Source of the DNA: Candidatus Sumerlaeia bacterium
GTDB lineage: Bacteria > Sumerlaeota > Sumerlaeia > SLMS01
Length of the DNA: 61,327 bases
Direction: 5' to 3'
NCBI GenBank assembly: GCA_038208905.1
Contig: JBBQYG010000004.1
Location: 1 to 61,327 of the forward strand
In this document: piece after piece, positions 1 to 7,856 of the stretch
Position numbering within the stretch: position 1 is the stretch's first letter
How the letters are laid out: each line of letters starts with the position of its first letter
Program-made: the position numbers and the translations under genes
Notes under the pieces: model-generated
What the model saw: only the letters and a program-made list of their open reading frames with translations
What the model was told of the DNA's origin: nothing
Database searches by the model: none

Positions 1-334
1 CATTCAGCTCCCCCCCCGCCAGCGCCAACCGGCCCACCGCATAGACTGCGCGCGTGTGCCCATCTAGCACACCCTCGCCAATCAGCGCGTCCACAAAGCC
101 CTCGTCGGCGCTGACAAAAACGTCGATAGCCGCGCCCTCGCGAATCTGTCGCGCGAGCAAGCCGGTGGAGCCCGCTGTCATCGTGACGGCAACACCGCCG
201 CGCTGCTCCCACAGGCGCGCGATCTCCTCCAACGCGGGGGCCGCATTCGCCGCGACGCCCACAAGGAGCGGCTTCTCCACCGCGCCGCGGTCCACTCCAC
301 ATGCGAGGCCCAGTGCCAATAAAACGTACATCAT
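1..334 (-). CDS. modA: ModA-like periplasmic molybdate-binding protein, 3' end cut by the window edge
   Basis: My own minus-strand translation from the ATG at 334-332; it is absent from the track because it runs off the edge. It reads MMYVLLALGLACG (signal/lipobox-like), then LLVGVAANAAPALEEIARLWEQRGG..TMTAGSTGLLARQIREGAAIDVFVSADEGFVDAL, the usual ModA pattern. There is an alternative in-frame ATG at 397-395. Confidence 0.5.
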   Translation of the reverse strand, partial: MMYVLLALGLACGVDRGAVEKPLLVGVAANAAPALEEIARLWEQRGGVAVTMTAGSTGLLARQIREGAAIDVFVSADEGFVDALIGEGVLDGHTRAVYAVGRLALAGGELN

Positions 335-400
335 CCAGCGACGCCACTGCCCGCGCACCCGGCTCTCTGTGTTCTCTGTGACTCTGTGGTGAGCCATCTG

Positions 401-1537
401 TCATCCCCGCGTGGGATCGGGCGACGCCTTGGGGAACGCCGCAAAGAACGCCGACTTGTAGTCTTCCCATCGGCCCGCGATAATCGCGTCGCGCATCTCC
501 TCGCATTGCCTGAGGAGATAGCGCAGGTTGTGGATGCTCGCGAGGATCCCGCCCAGGATTTCCCCCGAGCGATGGAGGTGGTGGAGATAGCCGCGGCTGA
601 AACCCTCGCGGCAGGTGTGGCAATCGCAGCCCTCCATGATCGGCGCCGGGTCCTCCCGGAACTTCGCATTGCGCAGGTTGAGCCCGCCCGCCGGATCGAA
701 CACGCGCGCATTGCGGGCGTTGCGGGTTGGCAACACGCAGTCAAACATATCCACGCCGCGATCGACGGCCCAGATCAGGTCCTCCGGCGTTCCGATTCCC
801 ATCATATAGCGTGGGCGGTCGGTCGGCAGTTCGCTCACCGAAATCTCCAGCATCCGATAGGTCATCGACCGCTCCTCGCCAACGGCAAGACCGCCGACCG
901 CGAATCCCACCGAGTCGGGCGCCGTGGCCACGGTCGCCCGCGCGGAGGCGACGCGTTTTGCCGCGTCCATTCCCCCCTGCACGATGGGGAATATGCACTG
1001 GTGTGGCTTGAGCTGGATCGTGAGGCAGCGTTCCAGCCAGCGCAGCGTGCGCGCGGTGCTCTCCTCCAGCACGGCCCCCTCCATGCCCACCGACGGGCAT
1101 TCGTCGAAGGCCATCACGATGTTCGCGCCAAGGGCCTTCTGGATCTTCATGGAAATCTCCGGCGAAATGAAGCACGCGGCGCCATCCAGCGGCGACTTGA
1201 AGGTGACGCCCTTCTCTGTGATCGTCCGCAGTTCCGCGAGCGAGAAGACCTGGAACCCACCCGAATCCGTCAGGATTGGACCGTCGTAGCGCATGAACCC
1301 GTGAAGTTCCCCTAGGCGCTCGATCACGCCCTCCCCGGGGCGCAGGTGAAGGTGAAACGTGTTGGAGAGGATGATCTGGGCGCCCATCTCCCTCAGATCC
1401 CGCGGGGTGATCGCCTTCACCGTCGCCTTGGTTCCCACCGGCATGAAGCACGGCGTCCTTACAGCGCCGCGGGGCGTCGCGAAGAGCCCCGCCCGAGCGT
1501 TGCCACTGGTGCCCTCGATGAAGAGATTGAATGTCAT
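401..1537 (-). CDS. tgt: tRNA-guanine transglycosylase (queuine tRNA-ribosyltransferase)
   Basis: MTFNLFIEGTSGNARAGLFATPRGAVRTPCFMPVGT..LSNTFHL..LTDSGGFQVFSL..CDCHTC are hallmark Tgt motifs. I trimmed the start to the internal ATG at 1537 where homology begins; the track ORF extends to 1660. Confidence 0.9.
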   Translation of the reverse strand: MTFNLFIEGTSGNARAGLFATPRGAVRTPCFMPVGTKATVKAITPRDLREMGAQIILSNTFHLHLRPGEGVIERLGELHGFMRYDGPILTDSGGFQVFSLAELRTITEKGVTFKSPLDGAACFISPEISMKIQKALGANIVMAFDECPSVGMEGAVLEESTARTLRWLERCLTIQLKPHQCIFPIVQGGMDAAKRVASARATVATAPDSVGFAVGGLAVGEERSMTYRMLEISVSELPTDRPRYMMGIGTPEDLIWAVDRGVDMFDCVLPTRNARNARVFDPAGGLNLRNAKFREDPAPIMEGCDCHTCREGFSRGYLHHLHRSGEILGGILASIHNLRYLLRQCEEMRDAIIAGRWEDYKSAFFAAFPKASPDPTRG

Positions 1538-1696
1538 GTTCCCTGGTCGGCGCCTCCTTGGCGCGCCCGATGGGGCTCCCGGGCGGGCGGCGGCGCAAGC
1601 CCTTGAAAAGGAGTCCTTGCCACCCGCCCAATCCTTTGCGCACTGTTTTCGTCTATACACTTACGGGATGAATCGAGAGTCGCAACTCGCGAGGGA

Positions 1697-2653
1697 ATGA
1701 TGAAGGTACTTATAATCGAAGACGAGCCATCCGTCAGTTACTACCTCCGGGAGGTGGTGGTGACCTTGGGCCATGCCGCGGAATCGGTCGGCGATGGGGC
1801 CCTTGCTGTAGATGTATTCAATAAATTCAAGCCCGATCTGGTGATCTGCGACATTCGCATGCCCCACAAGGACGGGTTTCAAATCCTCGAGGAAATCCGC
1901 CGGCGGGACCACGAGGTCATCTTCATCATGATGACCGGCTACGGGTCCGAGGAGTTCGCGATGCGCGCCCTCGAGCTGCGCGCCAACAACTACCTCCACA
2001 AGCCGATCCGCTTCGAGATGATCGGCGCCCTCATTGAAAAGTACAATGAGCGTATCCGCTCCCGCCTTGTCCGCAAGGAAGTCCACCGCATGGTCACCCG
2101 GCGCCAGACCACGATCGAGGTGCCGAATCGCCTGGAACGCGTCTCGGACGTGGTGGACCTGCTGGTGGGGGAGACGGTGGGCTGGCTCACAGACGACGAG
2201 CGTTTCAGCATCCAGCTCGGCCTCTACGAGCTGATCGTGAACGCCATCGAGCATGGCAATCTGGAGATCACCTACGAGGAGAAGAATCGCGCGCTCTACG
2301 AGGGGCCATCGCGCTACACCGAACTCGTCCGCCAGCGTCTCGAAGACCCTGCCCGGATTAATCGTCGCGTCCTGATCGAGTTCCGCTTCGAGAACAATCG
2401 CCTCGAATGGATTATCACCGACGAGGGGAAGGGCTTCAACTGGTACTCCCTTCCCAATCCTCTCGCTGCGGAGAACCACGAAAACCTCAACGGGCGCGGC
2501 ATCTTCCTGGCCCGTATCCAGTTCGACGAGCTGACTTTCCTTGGCAGCGGCAATCGCGTTCGCGCGGTAAAGAAAGTCATCGGTCGGGAGGCGGCCCTGG
2601 CCGCCGATACTCCGGCCTTCTTTCATCGCCTCCCTCAAGATTCCGCGCCGTGA
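1697..2653 (+). CDS. response-regulator receiver domain fused to an RsbW/SpoIIAB-like HATPase domain
   Basis: The N-terminus, KVLIIEDE..DLVICDIRMPHKDGF..YLHKP, is a REC domain. The C-terminus, LYELIVNAIEHGN...DEGKGF...NGRGIF, shows GHKL ATPase N/G1/G2-like boxes. GAGGGA lies just upstream of the ATG. Confidence 0.75.
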   Translation: MMKVLIIEDEPSVSYYLREVVVTLGHAAESVGDGALAVDVFNKFKPDLVICDIRMPHKDGFQILEEIRRRDHEVIFIMMTGYGSEEFAMRALELRANNYLHKPIRFEMIGALIEKYNERIRSRLVRKEVHRMVTRRQTTIEVPNRLERVSDVVDLLVGETVGWLTDDERFSIQLGLYELIVNAIEHGNLEITYEEKNRALYEGPSRYTELVRQRLEDPARINRRVLIEFRFENNRLEWIITDEGKGFNWYSLPNPLAAENHENLNGRGIFLARIQFDELTFLGSGNRVRAVKKVIGREAALAADTPAFFHRLPQDSAP

Positions 2654-3714
2654 CTGACGCCACCACGGCGGAGGCGGTCGCGGCCGCCCTCGTGCCGATG
2701 GCGCGGCTCGCGTCTCTGCGGGCCGTCCCCTGGCGGCAGGCGGTAATCGGGCAATCGCGGGATGGTCGCCTGATTCACGGCGTCATCGCCGGGCGCGGCG
2801 AACTCCGCGTCTCCATTGTCGCCGGAGCCCACGCGGACGAACCCGCGGGAACCATGGCAGCCGTCGAGCTCCTTCACCGCGTCGCGGGCGAGGGCTGGGG
2901 GGAGTTCGCCACTTGGTACGTGTGTCCCCAGATCAATCCCGATGGCGCCCAGCGCAACGCCCGCTGGATTTCCCAGCCACTCGACTTGTCGCACTACCTC
3001 CGCCACGCCGTGCGAGAGGAACCCGGCGACGATATCGAGTTCGGCTATCCCGATCCAGACCGGCCCGATGCCCGGCCCCGCCCGGAGAATCTTGCCGTGG
3101 CCGAATTCCTTCGCCCCGCGGCCCCGTTCCATCTTCATGCGTCGCTCCACGGCATGGCCTTCGCCGAAGGGGCGTGGTGGCTGATCGGCAAGGATTGGGC
3201 CCCACGCAGCGCGCCGCTCCGCGCCCACATCGCCCGGGTCTTTGCCCGGCACGGGCTTCCCCTGCACGACATCGACCGCAACGGGGAGAAAGGGTTCCAA
3301 CGCATCGAGCCCGGCTTCTGCACCACGCCCACGGCGGTCGCCATGCGGGAATTCTTCCACGCCCAAGGCGACCCCGCCACGGCGGCACAGTTCCTCCCCA
3401 GCAGCATGGAATACGTTCGCGGCCTTGGCGGCGATCCCCTCGTCATGGTCAGCGAGCTGCCGCTGTTCCTCATCGGGGGCGGCGAACAGCCCGGCGACAC
3501 CCTCTCCGGAGAGAATCCCTACACCCGCCTGCGCGCGCGCTCAAAGGAGGCACGATCCGCGCTTGCGAAAGGCGATGGAGAGCTGCGGCGAAAGCTGGAG
3601 GACGAATTCTCTCTCGCCCCGCTCGCCTTGGAGACTCAGGTCAGTGCCCTGTGCGATGCGATTCAGGCGGCGATCGGATTCTTGATCGAAACGCGAAAGG
3701 AACTGCACCCATGA
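2650..3714 (+). CDS. M14-family zinc carboxypeptidase-like protein (AstE/AspA-type)
   Basis: GAHADEPAG (HxxE), INPDG and a later LHASLHG match the M14 zinc-ligand layout. I chose the GTG start at 2650, which overlaps the upstream stop as GTGA; the track ORF from 2407 is a 5' over-extension. Confidence 0.65.
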   Translation: MTDATTAEAVAAALVPMARLASLRAVPWRQAVIGQSRDGRLIHGVIAGRGELRVSIVAGAHADEPAGTMAAVELLHRVAGEGWGEFATWYVCPQINPDGAQRNARWISQPLDLSHYLRHAVREEPGDDIEFGYPDPDRPDARPRPENLAVAEFLRPAAPFHLHASLHGMAFAEGAWWLIGKDWAPRSAPLRAHIARVFARHGLPLHDIDRNGEKGFQRIEPGFCTTPTAVAMREFFHAQGDPATAAQFLPSSMEYVRGLGGDPLVMVSELPLFLIGGGEQPGDTLSGENPYTRLRARSKEARSALAKGDGELRRKLEDEFSLAPLALETQVSALCDAIQAAIGFLIETRKELHP

Positions 3715-4034
3715 GCGACTGCACCCCCGAGGAGCTAAAGAAGCGCATCGACGCCGGTAGGCCGCCGATCCTGCTCGACGTCCGCCAGCCCGAGGAAATC
3801 GCAATTGCCGCGATTCCCGGAGCGATGGCGATCCCCATGGGAGAGGTTCCCGCGCGCCTGATGAACATCGACATCCACATGGAGGAGGAGATCGTGGTGC
3901 TCTGCCATCACGGCATGCGCTCCGCCAGCGTGGTTGGCTTCCTGCGCTCCCACGGGTTCGATAAGGTCCGCAATCTGGTCGGCGGGATCGACGCCTACTC
4001 GCTCTCCGCCGACCCCTCGATTCCCCGATACTGA
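3711..4034 (+). CDS. single-domain rhodanese sulfurtransferase
   Basis: [30 protein letters not shown] contains the rhodanese active-site loop CxxGxRS. The ATG at 3711 overlaps the upstream stop (ATGA). Confidence 0.8.
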   Translation: MSDCTPEELKKRIDAGRPPILLDVRQPEEIAIAAIPGAMAIPMGEVPARLMNIDIHMEEEIVVLCHHGMRSASVVGFLRSHGFDKVRNLVGGIDAYSLSADPSIPRY

Positions 4035-4047
4035 AAGGCGCCGCACC

Positions 4048-4674
4048 GTGTCGATCTTCGACCAGTTCAAAAAACGCGCTGGGGCGGACGGCCCGCTGGC
4101 CGCGCGCACGCCTCCGGGACAGGCGCTGACCAGCGGCTTCCCCGTGCTCACCTATGGCCCCACGCCCAGGATCGCCAAGGACCAGTGGACTTGCCGCGTC
4201 TTTGGCCAGGTCGGGCGCGAGCACACCTTCACCTGGGTCGACCTCCTCGCGATGCCCCAGTCGTCCGTCACCTGCGACATCCACTGCGTCACGCGGTGGT
4301 CCAAGCTCGACACGTCGTGGACCGGCGTGAAGTTCTCCGATTTCCTCTCCGCCATCGAGCGCGAGTGCGGCAAGCTCCCCGACGCCGCGCGCTTCGTCAT
4401 GCAGCATGGCACCGGCGGATATACAACCAACACGCCGCTCGGCGTCCTGCTGGACGACGATGTGCTGATCGCGCACACGTACGCGGGGGCAGACCTCTCC
4501 GCGGAGCATGGCGGACCCGTCCGAATGCTGGTCCCGAAGTACTACTTCTGGAAGAGCGCCAAGTGGCTCGGCGGATTCGAGTTCATGGATCGCGACCGCA
4601 TGGGCTTCTGGGAGCGCGCCGGCTATCACAACAGCGGCGACCCCTGGAACGAAGAGCGCTACGGCGACACCTGA
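4048..4674 (+). CDS. small sulfite-oxidase-like molybdopterin-binding oxidoreductase domain protein (YuiH/YedY-type core, no dimerisation domain)
   Basis: [53 protein letters not shown] is the Oxidored_molyb signature. The start is a GTG at 4048. Confidence 0.7.
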   Translation: MSIFDQFKKRAGADGPLAARTPPGQALTSGFPVLTYGPTPRIAKDQWTCRVFGQVGREHTFTWVDLLAMPQSSVTCDIHCVTRWSKLDTSWTGVKFSDFLSAIERECGKLPDAARFVMQHGTGGYTTNTPLGVLLDDDVLIAHTYAGADLSAEHGGPVRMLVPKYYFWKSAKWLGGFEFMDRDRMGFWERAGYHNSGDPWNEERYGDT

Positions 4675-4720
4675 TTCTCCCCAATTCTTCCCTGTATAGA
4701 CACCACGCGAAGAGGCCCCC

Positions 4721-5662
4721 ATGTCCCACGATCACGACCACGAGCATGATCACAAGCACGACGAAAACGGTGACCACGACCACGATCACCCCCGCGACCA
4801 CGGCGCCCACGCCGTCCACATCCTCTACATCGATCCCATTGCCGGTGCCTCTGGCGATATGTTCCTCGGCGCGCTCGTGGACCTCGGGGTCGATTTCGAC
4901 GAGCTGAAATCCGAACTCGCCAAGCTCGCGGTCCCAGGCTTCGACCTCGTGCGGTCCCAGGCCATCCGCCACGCCATCGCCGCCACCAAGATCGACGTTG
5001 TCGTCGAGGACGAGGAGCACCCGCACCGCCACGTGGGCGACCTCATCAAGATCATCGACGCCTCGACACTCTCCGACATCACCAAGGCCCGCAGCGCGGC
5101 GATCCTCACCAAGCTGGCGGAGGCCGAGGCCCACGTCCACAACATGCCGCTGGCACAGGTTCATCTTCACGAGGTCGGCGGTCTCGACTGCCTGGTCGAT
5201 GTCGTCGGAACATGTATCGCCATCGAACTGCTTGACGTGGACGCGGTGCTCTCGGGTCCGGTTGCGCTCGGCACGGGAACGGTGGCCTGCGCCCACGGGC
5301 GGATGCCCGTTCCCGCGCCGGGAACACTGGCGATTCTGGAGGGCTTCCCCGTGCGCAAGACGGTGCTCGAAGGCGAGATGACCACGCCCACCGGCGCCGC
5401 CATTATCGCCACGCTGGCTACCCCGGTGCTTGGCCCTCTGGTGATGATCCCGCGCGCCACGGGCTATGGCGCGGGAAGCAAGGACAAGCCCCAGATCGCC
5501 AACATGCTGCGCATCGTGCTCGCGGAAACGGAGATGCGATTCCTCCCCGACGAGGCCATCGATCACGATGATCACGACCACAAGCATGAGCATGATCATG
5601 ATCATGACCACGGGCACTCGCACCCCCGCGACCACAAGCACGGCCACAGCCACACGCACTGA
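4721..5662 (+). CDS. LarC-family (DUF111) nickel-insertion protein, N-terminal domain only, with His/Asp-rich tails at both termini
   Basis: ILYIDPIAGASGDMFLGALVDLG...LHEVGGLDCLVDVVGT...PVPAPGTLAIL...TPTGAAII is the LarC N-domain. The N-terminal tail is MSHDHDHEHDHKHDENGDHDHDHPRDHG and the C-terminal tail is DHDDHDHKHEHDHDHDHGHSHPRDHKHGHSHTH. At 313 aa it lacks the C-terminal (LarC2-type) domain. Confidence 0.7.
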   Translation: MSHDHDHEHDHKHDENGDHDHDHPRDHGAHAVHILYIDPIAGASGDMFLGALVDLGVDFDELKSELAKLAVPGFDLVRSQAIRHAIAATKIDVVVEDEEHPHRHVGDLIKIIDASTLSDITKARSAAILTKLAEAEAHVHNMPLAQVHLHEVGGLDCLVDVVGTCIAIELLDVDAVLSGPVALGTGTVACAHGRMPVPAPGTLAILEGFPVRKTVLEGEMTTPTGAAIIATLATPVLGPLVMIPRATGYGAGSKDKPQIANMLRIVLAETEMRFLPDEAIDHDDHDHKHEHDHDHDHGHSHPRDHKHGHSHTH

Positions 5663-5665
5663 TCC

Positions 5666-6325
5666 GTGACCGCCCCCCTCGAAGTCCACACGATCGCTGT
5701 TGGGCCGCTTCAGGCCAACTGCCACATCGTCGCCAATCGCGAGACGGGCGAGGCCGTCGTCGTGGATCCCGGCGACGAGGCGGAGACGATTCTCGATTTC
5801 GCCAAGGCGGAGAAGCTCCGCGTCGTCGCCATCTGGAACACCCACGCCCACATCGACCACATCAATGGCAACGCGGGCGTGCAGGCCGCGACCGGAGCGC
5901 CTATCTCGATCCACAGGATCGAGGCCGACTGGCTCGCCTCGCCGGTGCTGACGCTGGCGGTCTGGGCTGGAGTTGTGTTCCATCCGTCGCGGGCCGACGT
6001 CCTGTGGAGCGGGGGGGAAACGATCCACCTCCTTGGCCGCGAGTGGCGCGTGCACCACGCGCCGGGGCATTCACCCGGCGGATGCGTCATCGCCAGCGCG
6101 GGGGAGGGGTTCCTGCTCGGCGGCGACCTGTTGTTCCAAGGCTCTATCGGCCGCGTGGACCTGCCGGGTGGCGACCCCGTCGCGATGATGCGATCGCTCC
6201 GTTCCATGTTTACGGATTGGGCGACCGACGACAATCAGATCGTCCATGGCGGGCATGGCCCCGCCTGCCGCATCGGCCAAGAGCGGCGCCGCAACCCCTA
6301 CGTCCTCGAGGCGCTGGCGTCCTGA
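5666..6325 (+). CDS. MBL-fold metallo-hydrolase (YcbL/GloB-like)
   Basis: It carries the THAHIDH motif, APGHSPGG, and GGDLLFQGSIGRVDLPGGD..HGGHGP. The length and layout resemble the YcbL-type glyoxalase II family. The start is a GTG at 5666. Confidence 0.8.
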   Translation: MTAPLEVHTIAVGPLQANCHIVANRETGEAVVVDPGDEAETILDFAKAEKLRVVAIWNTHAHIDHINGNAGVQAATGAPISIHRIEADWLASPVLTLAVWAGVVFHPSRADVLWSGGETIHLLGREWRVHHAPGHSPGGCVIASAGEGFLLGGDLLFQGSIGRVDLPGGDPVAMMRSLRSMFTDWATDDNQIVHGGHGPACRIGQERRRNPYVLEALAS

Positions 6326-6419
6326 CCAAGATTCGGCTCGACGCAACGGGCACCGCATTTCCTATTACTTACACTTGCCGTTGAGTGTCAGATCACGTGC
6401 GCCACCGGGGGACTGCCCG

Positions 6420-7856
6420 TTGAAAGCGATCGACAAGCGCGTCGCCGCACAGCTCCTCTCCGCGGGGGAACTTGCAGAGGCCGACCTGCAGAAAGCCATC
6501 GCTGGCTTTGCGGGCCAGACCGCGCCACTGCACGAGTATCTCGTCGTTGGCGGATACGTTTCGGCGCGCGCCGCGGCGCGTGCCTTGGCTTGCGCCAACG
6601 GGCTCCCGTTTGTCGATATCGACGATTCCGCCCTCGATCCCGAAGCGGTGGCGATGATCGGCGTTCAGGAGGCGTGGCGCCGCGAACTTCTCCCACTCAC
6701 GCTTCGAGACGGCATGCTGGTCGTCGCTCTTTCCAACATCAATGACGTGTTTGTGCAGGACGAGTTGCGGATGCGGCTGGGCTGTCCTGTGGAAGTCCGC
6801 GTGGCAGAGCGCAGCGACCTCATCCTCGGCCTCGCCCGCGCCTACGGAACATCGCCCAGCGGAGAGCGCGCGCTCCCCGCCAACGCCCCGTTGCCCACCG
6901 AATTGCCGACCAGCGACGAAGTCTCCCACCGCGAGTTTCAGCGCCGAATGCGGGAGCTGCGCGAGTCCGGCGACGCCCACCCGCAGAGCACGGGCATCTC
7001 GGGAATGGAAACCGTCGTCCGCAGCGATGACGATTCCACCCGCGCGAATGACACGCCCGGCAACGCGTTGCCGCCACTCGCGGGAATGCGCCGCCACCGA
7101 AGCCCCCTCGCCGCGCTAGGCCTCTCTGTCAGCGCCCACGACGATTTGCTGCGCAAGCTGACCGAACCCGGATTCGGGCTTCTCCTTCTTAGCGCCCCCA
7201 CGCGCCCTGCGCTGGATCTCGTTTACGATGCCGTCATGGCCACTGCGGCGCGCAACGGACGCGGCGAATCATTCAGCATCGAAACCACATCGCGTCGGCT
7301 GATCCCTGGCGTGACGCCGATGCGCTGCGACGCGGGACCGAAATTGCTCGATGTGTTGGGGAGCACCCTTGCCAAGTCCCCGGCAGTCGTCGGAGTGCTT
7401 TTCATCGAGGATTCCCAAACTATTCAGGCACTCGCAAGAGCCAGTACGGGGGGCGTTTCACTGGTGGCGGGTCTCGTCGCGCGCGACGGGGCGACGGCGC
7501 GTGCGGCGATTCGCGCCGCGGGGCTGGAGCCCATGAATGTCGTGCGCGGCATCCTCGGCCACGTCCACCGCGCGGAGGTGCGCAAGCTCTGCGCCGCATG
7601 CGCGCGAGCCATTGCCGATGCCGAGTCGCTCCCCGCGTGGGCCCGCGATACCGGCGCGCAGTTTCTGGAGGCGGCCGGCTGCGACGCCTGCGCGGGCAGC
7701 GGCTACGCCGGCAGTGTGCCCCTCATTGAATACGCCCAGCCCGATCTCCTCGCCGCCGACGGCACCTTCCGCGAAGTGGTCGAGCGTCATCGCGACATCC
7801 TGGCCGCGAGCCTGGCGGGCGAGACCGACCCCCGCGAGCATGGCCTCTCCGCGTGA
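6420..7856 (+). CDS. GspE/PilB-family protein with a T2SSE_N-like N-domain and degenerate ATPase motifs
   Basis: The N-terminus, RVAAQLLSAGELAEADLQKAI...LPFVDIDDSALDPEAV..LLPL, is T2SSE_N-like. LLLLSAPTRPALDL occupies the Walker A position where GPTGSGKT is expected. The Walker B and His-box positions are not conserved, but the CAAC...CDACAGSGYAG tetracysteine region is retained. The start is uncertain (TTG at 6420); the track ORF from 6246 overlaps the MBL gene. Confidence 0.6.
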   Translation: MKAIDKRVAAQLLSAGELAEADLQKAIAGFAGQTAPLHEYLVVGGYVSARAAARALACANGLPFVDIDDSALDPEAVAMIGVQEAWRRELLPLTLRDGMLVVALSNINDVFVQDELRMRLGCPVEVRVAERSDLILGLARAYGTSPSGERALPANAPLPTELPTSDEVSHREFQRRMRELRESGDAHPQSTGISGMETVVRSDDDSTRANDTPGNALPPLAGMRRHRSPLAALGLSVSAHDDLLRKLTEPGFGLLLLSAPTRPALDLVYDAVMATAARNGRGESFSIETTSRRLIPGVTPMRCDAGPKLLDVLGSTLAKSPAVVGVLFIEDSQTIQALARASTGGVSLVAGLVARDGATARAAIRAAGLEPMNVVRGILGHVHRAEVRKLCAACARAIADAESLPAWARDTGAQFLEAAGCDACAGSGYAGSVPLIEYAQPDLLAADGTFREVVERHRDILAASLAGETDPREHGLSA

